Source of the DNA: Flectonema sp. DT1601
Taxonomy: Eukaryota
DNA length: 64,000 nt
Assembly (NCBI GenBank): GCA_964019425.1
Contig: OZ025784.1
Location: 310,001 to 374,000 of the forward strand
Direction: 5' to 3'
Part shown: piece after piece, positions 52,672 through 63,329 of the stretch
How the letters are laid out: every line of letters starts with the position of its first letter
Numbering within the stretch: the first letter of the stretch is position 1
The notes under the pieces: model-generated
Databases searched by the model: none
Told to the model about the DNA's origin: nothing
The model's input: only the letters and a program-made list of their open reading frames with translations
Translations under genes and position numbers: made by a program

Positions 52672-54288
52672 GGTGTTGAAAGCTTTGCTTGGATGCTACC
52701 AAAAGAGTGCTTCGAACAACTGGAATTACTGGTAAACAGGGCAGTGAGGCTGGTAACTGGATGTCTGCGGAGCACCAAACTACAGAGACTTTACAAAGAA
52801 GCCGATACGCCAAGACTAAAGGAACACATCCAGTATAAGATGTGTAGAACTTACGAACGTTTCAAATTGAGTCCGTTCCTACCGACTCGCAAGCTGACGA
52901 GAACAGGGAGTTCAGAATTATACCAAAAATCAAAATGGGGATGGAATGTCTGGATAGACTATGTCTCTGGTGTCCCTGGCCTTGACAATTACCGGAGCAT
53001 TACCAACCTGGAAGTGAACCCAGAACACTACACTCTCCCTCCATGGAAAAGTACTAGTGCGATGAGATTCACATATTCAAGTAACAAGGAAGAGGCTGAA
53101 CAGCGAGAAGCTGAACTACCAACTCACGAGATGAAAGTCTACACTGACGGGTCGATAAGACACAAATCCGAGACTTACATGACAGACTCGGCTGCCGCTG
53201 TGGTCATAGTAAAAGAAAGCAAGATGCGTCTACTTGGATATAAAATACCAGTAGCGGGTTCCTCTTATAGGACCGAGCAGATTGCAGTAAAACTGGCGTT
53301 GGAAAATTTAGTTCAGGTGGCGGAGGATGAACATGAATCTCTAACAACAACGACGCACCTGTTGACTGATTCGATGTCAGTCATGCAGGCATTGGAACAA
53401 GGGCCATATAAACAAAGGTCCCCAATGAACAAAAAGATCTGGAAGTTGGCAATGAAACTGGAGAAGAAGGGAATCCAAGTCAACATGCAGTATGTACCGG
53501 CACACAGAAACGTGCGGTACAACGAAGTAGCGGACCAACTGGCGAAATTCGCTGCAGGCCTGAAGGAAGATCCACCTCACGAAGATGTTATTATTAAACA
53601 ACTGCCGACTCAACTTGACATGGGAACATTGATGACGTTTCACAAGCGGAGAAAACGGGAGAACTGGATCGGACCGGGAGAGGTAAGACACCCTCCGTAC
53701 ATCGAAGCTCTAACACGACCAGAGGAAGTACTGATGTCACGCTTTAGAGTGGGACATTGCAGATCTCTGATAATCAAAGGACTGAACGAGATGTGCTTTT
53801 TCTGTAAACTTGGAAAGGCGACAGCACATCATGTATTATTTATATGCGAACATTGGTGTATAGAAACCTTGAGAGAAAAATACATCAGTCACATGATGAA
53901 TGACAAGGGAGAGGAAGCATGCCAACTGGAGGACTGCTACTTACCTGCGAATCAACAGCAGATGACTGGTTTTGTCACAACCTTAGACAGACTGGCACAA
54001 TTATTAGGACGGTAGTATTATTAAAACATCGACATTTCGAATATCAACATTGAAGGCATCATTGCAACACATCTGAAGTCGTCCAAGTGGACAAATTATT
54101 CTGTAGTATTAGTTTTAAGTTATCAAAACAAAGAAAGGAGATACGAAGCCTACGGGATTCCCACCCCCAACCCCCAAAACAAAGAAAGTAAGAAAGAAAG
54201 AAAGAAAAAGAACAGCCGCGCCTAACAGCGCAATCAGCATCACAGACTCACGGGTCGTGGTGCACTCAAAAAAAAAAAAAAAAAAAAA
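52672..54288 (+). mobile_element. 5'-truncated retrotransposon family C (A-related); coding remnant 52672-54015
   Basis: GVESFAWMLPK..VYTDGSIRH..RFRVGHCRSL is colinear with family A; shares 3' UTR motifs; poly(A) at 54268-54288. Confidence 0.88.
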
Positions 54289-54317
54289 TCTTTTTTCTTT
54301 TAAATTTATAATAAATA

Positions 54318-55231
54318 ACAACAAAGACGCATATTCTAACTGACTCAATGTCGCTAATACAGGCACTTGGGCGAGGACCTGAAGAACAGAAATCTGCTAC
54401 AAACGCATCAATCTGGAAGTTAGCACTGAAACTGGAACACAGAGGTGTTAATATTAACATGCAGTATGTCCCAGCACATATGGATGTGCTGTATAATGAA
54501 ATAGCAGACAAGGTGGCAAAACACGCTGCAAGTACGATAAAGAAACCTCCAGATGACAGTGTGGTACTCGAGGGTTTAGTTACTAGACTGGATATGGGAA
54601 CCCTTATGACTTTTCACAAGAGAAGAAAACGAGAGGAGTGGATTGGAGCCGGCGAACAGAGGCATCCACCTTTTGTAGAAGAACTGACGAGACCACAAGA
54701 AGTCCTAATGTCCCGCTTCAGAGTTGGACACTGTAGATCTCTTAAACTAAAAGGAATAAACGAACAGTGCATCTTCTGTCATGGAGATACTGCAACACCG
54801 CATCATGTGCTTTTCAAGTGCAACCACTGGTGTATCCAAAAGATGAGATCATTGTACATACACAGCATGATTAATACCGAAACTGGTGAAGTAGTGAGTA
54901 AAGTAGAGGACTGCTTCTTAAAGGGGAATCAACGCAGCATGTCCAACTTTGTAGTGGTACTGGACCAAATAGCTGAAATACTCGGAAGACCTGGAAATCC
55001 ATAATTTAAAGATGCGGTTCTTAGACCAAATGAGGAAGTAAACTGAACTCTTTAGTAATTGATAAAGAAAGAAAACAAAGAAGATACGAAGCCTACGGGA
55101 ACCCCCCATCCCATCCCCAATCCCCACAAAAAGAAAGTTTACAGAAGAAAGAAAGAACAACCGCGCCTAACAGCGCAAACAGCAAAGCAGGTCGAAGGAA
55201 CCTGCAGTGCACACAAAAAAAAAAAAAAAAA
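54318..55231 (+). mobile_element. 5'-truncated family A copy A2
   Basis: Near-identical to 43700-44613 (about ten substitutions counted by eye); poly(A) tail. Confidence 0.92.
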
Positions 55232-55273
55232 TAAAAAAAGAGAGAAATGATCTTTGTCAAAACCTTTTATTTA

Positions 55274-55288
55274 TTCTGTACTTTATTG
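55274..55288 (+). other. Spliced-leader (SL) relic
   Basis: TTCTGTACTTTATTG equals the 3'-terminal 15 nt of the kinetoplastid/diplonemid-type SL exon; lies 20 nt before ATG 55309. Confidence 0.75.
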
Positions 55289-55308
55289 ATTTCCAATAAT
55301 TAACAACT

Positions 55309-57010
55309 ATGACATTGGATCCAGGCCTATTTGGCCTGATGCTGGAGAAGATGGTGGGCATGCTCGGTGAGATGCAGAAGGGTTTGAATGTAAAGGGGTT
55401 ACTAAACGCAACGGGGGAGAGAAGCCATCGGTGGATTTATCGCCGATGAATGAGGAATGGGCGAGGGTTTGCGGCCCAAGGTAGTGAAGCGCAAGCCTGA
55501 GCCGGCTCAAGCGCTGAATTCGTTTAGTGGACTGAAGGAGGTCCGATGTGATGGGAAGGCAGCAACTAATTTACCGAATGTGCAAGAGAAGCGGTGGGAC
55601 TGCCAACTCCGTGATGATGACTGGTCTGTTCCAATAATTTCGATGTCAGGCGTGTTTAACACGTCGATTACGTGTGGTGTGTCACTGGGCACGGCCTCTG
55701 ATGTAGATGCGATGATTAAACTCCGACCGGGAAACCTCTCGGTAATTTGCAAGAAAAACCCTGGGGGCGGTAAGAAGATACAGTTCCCGGCGGTGGTAAA
55801 CGACGGTGTGCTGACACATCGGACCGGTTGGATTGTATCAACCGGGAAACCAGCTACCCTCTTCCGTGGAGACGCTCTGACTGCCGGTGACAATCGAGTG
55901 GTATTGTTCCACCACCACGCGCTCCACTCCAACGACAAGGTACCTTCACCTAATGAGTTGTGCAAGAAGGCTTCTGACTACTACACAGCAGTCACGAACA
56001 TGCCCATCGAGCCGCACCTCTTGTGGCCTGCCAACAAGAAGGAATCAGACCCTCATGTTAAGTCTGTGAACATGAGGGTGCCAGCAGACGCTGTTGACGC
56101 CTTGAGAAGGGCAAGTGGGAGTGGTGGGTACTTCTTATCAGTGCCGAATTTCGCAGACACAGCACCGTGCAGGTCGTCAATCCAGCTCACGGTGGATTTT
56201 AAGTTAGCCTCATCGCTAGCCGGTGAACTCCGGTTACCTCTGAGGTTCTACCGCCACTCACGCAAGCTGGGGATTGTGTGTCTGAAGACCGACGAAGATT
56301 ACGTGCGATCGAAGCTGGGTGAGAATGCACTGCCGCCTCCACCTGAAGGCCTCAAGTTCTGTTTGAGGAGCCGAGCAATTGATGCGATGAGTTCGCTGGA
56401 AGTAGTGCAGGTCTGTGCTCACCAAGGGTGGGAGATTAACGTCGTTGCTCGGTACAGGGGCAGAAAGGAGCTTCCTAAGATGATTGTAGTGGCCAAGGAG
56501 AAACCCAAGAGTAACTTCATCATTCTTCGTGATGACATGATCACAATCAAAGAGGTGGGTCTCGGCAAGCAGAATCCCGATAAGATGGACCTGGACGAGT
56601 TTCCTCACCTCTGTCAACCTAACGCTGCGCCATCTGTTGGAATTGATTTATCACCACCGCCTGTTTCTCAGCAAAATCAGCAAAATCAGCAATATCTGCA
56701 GACGCTACAATCGAACAAACAGCAGCTGCCCCTACCGCCTTCGCAGTACAACTGTCAACAATCCGACATTTCTAAATTGGTATCGCAGGTTACTGAACTA
56801 ACGGCTGCTGTGAAGAGTCTACGGCAGGACCTTGCTGAAGAGAGGGATGCGAATAGATGTCTTCGAAAGGAGATTGAGTCCCTGAATAACGATAAAGGAT
56901 CGGGTTCTCAGAGGCTGACGGTCTCAAGTAGGCAACGAGCTAACTCTGTTGCTGCTACTAAGTCTGAAATGGCTGACCGGAATGAGAAACGGGACTACTC
57001 GAGGAATTAA
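55309..57010 (+). CDS. Family D ORF1 (main open part 55457-57010; N-terminus probably frameshifted)
   Basis: 517-aa open frame with C-terminal coiled coil; ATG 55309 follows the SL relic but is out of frame with 55457. Confidence 0.7.
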
Positions 57011-57027
57011 CAACCACTTCCAATTGA

Positions 57028-60000
57028 CTCTTTATTGGGCCGTCCTTGGAGTACTATTATTCTGTGAGTGGGCTTCTGGAACTCTATCGTAGTGGTTTTC
57101 CGAGACACCCTGGTCCGATGTCTGATATATCGCCGCTGAGAATACTTAGTTGGAATGCGCTGTCGATGGTAAAGCACCATGAATCTCTGGTACGGCTCGT
57201 TCAATCGGCTAATCCTGACATCCTCCATATTCAAGAAACTTGGCTCACTGATCTGGTTCTTGATGAACAGATTCAACTTCAGGGATACACCTGCTTCCGT
57301 AGGGACAGAATCAGATTAAATTTTGATGGCAAGGCAAAACGCGGTGGTGGACTGGCGACTTTCTGCAGGGACTCCCTTGTGGTCAGGAGATTATCGGATC
57401 CAACTGAGCGTAATTCACCGTTTGAGGTGTTAGTTGTCGAGGTAATGACAGATATCGGTCCGATTACGTCTTCTAATGTGTATATTCCGCAGAATTTCTT
57501 GGTGCCGACCTCTGTTGTCTTCGGTGAAGTAGTATGTGGAGATTTCAATGCTCACCATCGGTCGTGGTCGAGGGTGGTTCCAACAAGTAGTTCGTCGCGA
57601 GGTCTGTCAGTTCTTGATTGGATTAACGGAAATGGACTGCAGATTTGCGATGTTCCGCTGGATACAAGACCTTGTTCAGAGACTTCACCTGATTTGTTTC
57701 TTGTCGACAGCAATATTGAGGTGTTGAATGTACACCAGTACAGTGCGTCTGATAGTGGGTCCGACCACACGCCAATAGTGGTTGACATCTCGGTATATCC
57801 GGGCTGCTCACAAATTACCACTCCCGCTCACCGCCGCTGGTTCTACAACAAGTTCGAGGATGAGCACTGGGTCTCATTTCGCGTGCTAACTGAAGCGCGA
57901 GCTCATCGTTTGGAGGGGATGTCTAATGTGAACAAGCTTGGATGTGAATTTATTAGTCTAATTGAGGAGGTGGCTATTGAAACGCTTCCAAACAAATGGT
58001 TCAAATCTGATACGAAGCGGAGGAAGAAATTACCTAAGCTGAGACCTGATCTTATTGCGAAAATTGGTTCTTCAAAAGGAGCGGCCTGGGCCTTCGACAA
58101 GCTGCGGGAACTCAGGGGCGGTCGGTCCAATTCAAAGGAAGTTCCGGTAGCTGCTGATGATTTACTCGACCATTTCTTTGGTGATTCAAAATCCTCACCG
58201 TTATTAGTTCCTGATTCGAAGCCTGCTGATTATGATGACTCAAGCTGTGGTTCTTTTTCGATTCATGAGTTATACACGGTACTGAAGTCATTGACTCCCT
58301 CCCACGGGTCTGGTTTAGATTCTGTTTCTAATAATATGCTGCTTAACTTGGGTCCCCGTATGCTCCTACTATTGCTTAGACTCGCCTCGCTATCTTTCAG
58401 GAGGGGTATCTTTCCCTCTTGCATGAAAAAGGCCAAGGTGATTATAATTCCGAAGGGAGGGGATCGTGACCCGCTTCTTCCGTTTTCTTACAGACCAATC
58501 TCTTTGACGTCAATTGTTTCGAAGTGCTTGGAGTCGCTTGTGGGTAATCGATGTGAACATTTGTTGGAGGGGAAGTTGGACCCTAGGCAGTCTGGTTTTA
58601 CGCCGGGCAGAAATGTAGAAGAGAACATCTCGCTATTGGTGGATGCGGCTTCCGGTGTGCAGAAACTCTATGATGGTTATGGAGCGATCATCCTCTTTGA
58701 TATCTCTGGGGCATTCGATAACGTGGATCATCAAATACTCGTTGATAGATTGGTAGCTGTCCTGCCGGTTCCGTATGTTAAATGGCTTGCGAACTATCTT
58801 TCGGATAGAAATGTGAGTCTGTCTCTGGGATTAGATAGTGGATCCAGATCGTGTACGAAGGGGGTCCCTCAAGGATCTGTGCTTGGTCCTCTCTTATTTC
58901 GGATCTTTGTCGACTCCCTGCCAGGTCTAATAAGTGATGCTGATCTCAGTGTTCTGTTTGCTGATGATCTTGCCGTGTTTCTGCAACATGAGAAGATAGA
59001 TGGGATCGAAGCGAAGGGCCTGTCCGTCATCTCTCAGATAGAAGGTTGGATGGTTTCCTCTAAGATGGAGGTAAACATGAAGAAAACAGAGTACGTTGCC
59101 TTTGGTAAGCGCATCTCTGGCTCCGATGTCGAATGGAGTAGGGCACCTCGCTTTTACTTCCCATCGTCTGTTGAAGAGTTACACATGCCTACAGGCTCTG
59201 CCGGTGCTCTCACTGAGAAGCTTTCTCCATCAATAGGGGCAGTTCTGGATCTCGCTGATGCTTTGCTGCCACTGGAGATTGATGGTTACCCGGTGACGAG
59301 ACGTTCTGACTTTGTCCGACTGGCCTGTGCTCGTAAGAGCAAAGGGTTCAGGCTGAAAGCAGCGATCCCGCTGAAACGTGTCAGGAGCGCGAAATACCTA
59401 GGAGTTATCATTGATGACTCGCTATGCTTCGACGAACAGGTGGATAAGATTGTGAAAACAATTCGAGCTGGTTGCGGTTTACTCAAAATGTTCTCTGCCT
59501 ATGAGGTCAAAACTGATACCCTTCGTCAGCTTGTAGATGGTGCAGTGTTATCTCGAGCGTTCTTTGGACTAAAGGCCTTTTCTCCCTTTTTGTCTGATGC
59601 TCAGATCAAGCGGATCGAAGCGTGCTTGCGTCATCTACGGATAAGACTCACTGGTTGCTCGTTCTCGACGAAGGATGTGGTGCTCACAGTTGAGTCGCGA
59701 ATTCCACCGCTGCAACAAACGATATCTAGGCTCCTTGCCCTAGTTCATGAAGATTTGCTAAGGCGACAACCTGAATGTCCTTCATGGAGGCTGTTTAACG
59801 GTGGTGAGAAGAAGAGACCATGGCAGACTAGAGTTGAAGCCTGTTCCTCGGAATTTTCTCTGTCAGAGCTTAGGTCCCAGAAAGTTCTGCCACATCAGTA
59901 CCCTCCGTGGTCGAAGCATCCTCCTTTGGTTGTAAACACGTCCTGCGGTTATGACAAGACTGACACACCTGAGGAGAAGTATACTGTGGCGATGACGACC

Positions 60001-61165
60001 CTCAATGAACTGCCCCCGTGTGTTGCTGAAGTCTACACTGATGCCTCGGTCTTCCATGACGAGGAGCGGGGATTATTATGTGGGGGGGCTGCTGTTCTGC
60101 TAGTTGCTGGCAAGGTCATTGAGAAGCTCTCCAAGTTCCAACCGTCCCTCACGATTTACAATGCAGAACAACTAGCACTATTGTCAGCCCTTGAACTACT
60201 AGAGGAGAATCTTCATGTTGTTTCGCATGGCGTGATTCATATTTTCAGTGATTGTCAGTCGGCGCTTGCCTCCCTGCATAGGGGGCCATCCAGGCAGTCA
60301 TCATCAACAAATCGTGAGATTTTTGAACGCTCAGTGCTTCTTGATAGGCCGTTGATTTTCCAACATGTCCCATCTCATTGTGGCATTGCAGGGAATGAAC
60401 TGGCTGATACACTGGCAAAGAAGGCAGCCTTGCAATCAGTTGACCCTGAAAACTCCGTATGATTTCAGGATGGCTCAATGTTGTATTAAGAAACAAGCAA
60501 ATTGGAAGGCTATGGGTACTGTGGACTCTTCGCATTCATACAGCAAAGCGACTCTAGGATCTGGCCCTCAGCGTTTCCTTCCCTGTCTCACTAGGGGGCA
60601 GGAGGTAGAATTGTCTCGTCTGCGAACCTCTCACCACAGGCTTGTAAAGCTACCGAGGGTCACTGCGGGCTTTAAATGTTGTCTGTTTTGTGGCTTTCAG
60701 GATACCTCAACTGAGCATCTGCTGCTTGAATGCGTTGAGACCAGGGAATTAGTAAAGCAAACCATGAGATTTCCGACACCTGATGATGAGCTATCTCTGG
60801 ATATGTTCTTTCGAACCGAATGGCAGCCTTTCACGTTGTTATTGATCAGCAAGCTTGATAATCATCTTAAAGAGTTATCTGACAATCCGTTGTTGTTGAA
60901 GTTTCCGCTTCAGGGTATTTTTGTGAGGAAGAAACTAATCACACACATCGAAAGGAAGACAAGTTTCTCGCTACTGGGTTCTGATGTGAAGAAATATGTT
61001 ATGGAACTTATTGATAACGCTTATAAAGCTACCGATTTAAATGTTGTTATTGACGACCTTTCTATGGTTAATGTGCTGGTCAATCCTAGCTGGTCGGAAT
61101 CCAAGCTTTCTAAGTTCCTCTCTCGCCTAAGTCGCCTCCTGCGAAGTAATCCCCGAGGTAGATAA
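57028..61165 (+). pseudogene. Family D ORF2: APE-RT-RNase H, frameshift at ~60450, then Zn finger and C-terminal extension
   Basis: ILSWNA, IQETWL, GDFNAHH, SDHTPI, GVPQGSVLGP, FADD, KYLG, VYTDAS, HVPSHCGIAGNELAD; RLRTSH..CLFC..EHLLLEC continues in the +1 frame after the A-run in GAAAACTCC. Confidence 0.85.
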
Positions 61166-61464
61166 TGAACGTCTCTTTCCTCTGGTGTAATTTCTTATTT
61201 TATTTATTAGTATCATTTCTATTACTTATCATTACTTTATTTCTTATTTTCTGATCTAATGTGGCGTGTTCTCCCTCTCTTTGGCGAAAATTGGCGTTAT
61301 CAGCCGTCTCTAACACTGTCTGCTCGCGTGGACGGTGGGTTTAGGTAGTCATTTGTTCCAGGTTATTCTACGTCTCTTATCGTCTGTGAGAGTCTCACGG
61401 TTGCTGGTAGCGATATAACTGTTACTCTGTGAGCTTTTCCTGGCTTTTGGCTTCCTAGGCTTCG

Positions 61465-61497
<33 letters not shown>

Positions 61498-61499
61498 CA

Positions 61500-61761
61500 G
61501 GGACCACACAAAATGTTTGCTCGGAAGACCTGGAAATCCATAATTTAAAGATGCGGTTCTTAGACCAAATGAGGAAGTAAACTGAACTCTTTAGTAATTG
61601 ATAAAGAAAGAAAACAAAGAAGATACGAAGCCTACGGGAACCCCCCATCCCATCCCCAATCCCCACAAAAAGAAAGTGTACAGAAGAAAGAAAGAACAAC
61701 CGCGCCTAACAGCGCAAACAGCAAAGCAGGTCGAAGGAACCTGCTGCGCACACAAAAAAAA
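61500..61761 (+). mobile_element. Mini family A copy A3: first 16 nt of the ribozyme fused to the 3'-terminal ~240 nt
   Basis: GGGACCACACAAAATG (same as 40742-40757), then near-identity to 44361-44596, then A8. Confidence 0.85.
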
Positions 61762-62024
61762 TTGGAGAGCCAACAACAGCAACAGCAGGAAAAAAAACTG
61801 CAACAGCAGCAGCAACTTAATTATCAAGTCCAACAGCAGAAGGATAAACATCTACAACAGCAACAGCAACTCGATCATCAAGTCCAACAACAGCAGGAAA
61901 GCCAACTACAGAGTCAAGAACTGCTACACCGTCAACAGCAGGAGCTGCTTCGGTACAAGGAAGATCTCCGTCAGAAACAGCAAGTAATAATTGCACAGCA
62001 ACAACAACTGGAACAGAAACACCA
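61762..62024 (+). pseudogene. Fragment of B-related ORF1 (Gln-rich region)
   Basis: QSQELLHRQQQELLRYKEDLRQKQQVII versus B1 QSQELFNQQQQELLKFKADLQQKQEII. Confidence 0.8.
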
Positions 62025-62349
62025 CCTGCTATTGGCTATTCTGATTTCGCTCCTTTTCTATCCTCTCCCTCTCTTCTCCCTTCCTGTACCTCCTCGCCTG
62101 CCGTTCACCTGGGCTCCGGGTGGATTCTCCCATTTCCGCCCTCAGCACCTGCGGACTTGGGTTCCTCCTTTCCGGCCCGTCTTTGCCTTCCGGCCTCTCG
62201 TGTGTCCCCTTCCCGTATTTGTCTTCACCAGCTTTGGAAGGGGGTCCGATTGGCCCTCCCGTCGCGTATCCATGTTCCGTCATGTGTGTTCTCATCCCCT
62301 CTGGCATCTCCACCAGCGTCGTACGCCTCCCCATCAACTCCAGCACCTC

Positions 62350-63198
62350 TCATGGAGGCGGCTGGTGGCGAAGATCTCAAAATTCCATTTAGGTAATTTG
62401 CATGGGCATTCAGGTCCCAGGCTAGGAGCTGGGGCGGAGCGCTCTTCGCAGAGGTGTTCGAACTTTGAACTCGAACACCTTCAACAGGGCGTTCTTGGAT
62501 TCGACGAGGATACCCTGGGTCAGCTGGTGTTACGGGGCGCCGACATGTTTGGGGGAGAGGCTGGGCTTGGAGGCGGATCCGTTGGGTCCCTTGCTGTTCT
62601 CGTTGGCAACCAAGCCGGCGCTGCACAAGGTGTTCGAGGCGAAGCTGGGGTTGGCTGAGGCCGGGCAAGTGCACAGACGCACATGCTCGACTCAGCCCGC
62701 AGGAGTTCGTCGACAGGAAGGTGGCGCAGTTGGGGAAGAAAGCGTAGAGAGGTGGCAGCCGGGGGCCAGGGAACCGACCGGGAGTCAGCCCACACAGGCC
62801 TGTTCCAGTGCTGGAACGAGGCGAACTCGATGGTGTCAGGCTACGCGGCGGCGAGACACAGCAGGGGATAAACCCGCAAAGCCAAGGGAGGAGTGTTAAC
62901 TGCTGCGAGGAAGCACGACACACTGGTCGACGAACCCGCAAACCCACCGCGTCGCCCCTGCCAACAGCGGCGCTACCTCCCGCGCGCCCGGAGTCAGCCC
63001 ACACAGGCCTGTTCCAGTGCTGGAACGAGGCGAACTCGATGGTGTCAGGCTACGCGGCGGCGAGACACAGCAGGGGATAAACCCGCAAAGCCAAGGGAGG
63101 AGTGTTAACTGCTGCGAGGAAGCACGACACACTGGTCGACGAACCCGCAAACCCACCGCGTCGCCCCTGCCAACAGCGGCGCTACCTCCCGCGCGCCC
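62350..63198 (+). pseudogene. Decayed CRE/SLACS-like (RLE-type) RT fragment
   Basis: RRLVAK, NTFNR, PWVSWCYGAPT and DPLGPLLFSLA lie in shifting frames; GC-rich. Confidence 0.6.
62781..63198 (+). repeat. Two-copy 209-bp tandem repeat
   Basis: 62781-62989 and 62990-63198 appear identical by eye. Confidence 0.92.
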
Positions 63199-63315
63199 TC
63201 CGTTTCGCCCATTCCAGGAGGCTTGGGCTGTTCCCTGTTCACTCGCCGTTGCTGGGAGAATCGCTGTTGCTTTCTTTTCCTGTGCTGAGTGATATGCTTA
63301 AGTTCAGCACGTAGA
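63199..63315 (-). pseudogene. LSU rRNA 5'-end fragment
   Basis: Reverse strand reads GTGCTGAACTTAAGCATATCACTCAGCACAGGAAAAGAAAGCAAC..AACGGCGAGTGAAC. Confidence 0.85.
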
Positions 63316-63329
63316 TCTTCAACTGCTGG

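Larger units (their letters stand above)
55274..61495 (+). mobile_element. Non-LTR retrotransposon family D, apparently full length with several 1-nt frameshifts
   Basis: SL relic, ORF1, ORF2 (APE-RT-RNase H-Zn finger), 3' UTR, (TAAA)7 tail at 61465-61492. Confidence 0.88.

Noticed and set aside
60440..60470. Programmed frameshift in D ORF2
   Set aside because: It falls in an A-run, families A-C are continuous here, and D has other 1-nt indels, so mutation or homopolymer error is more likely
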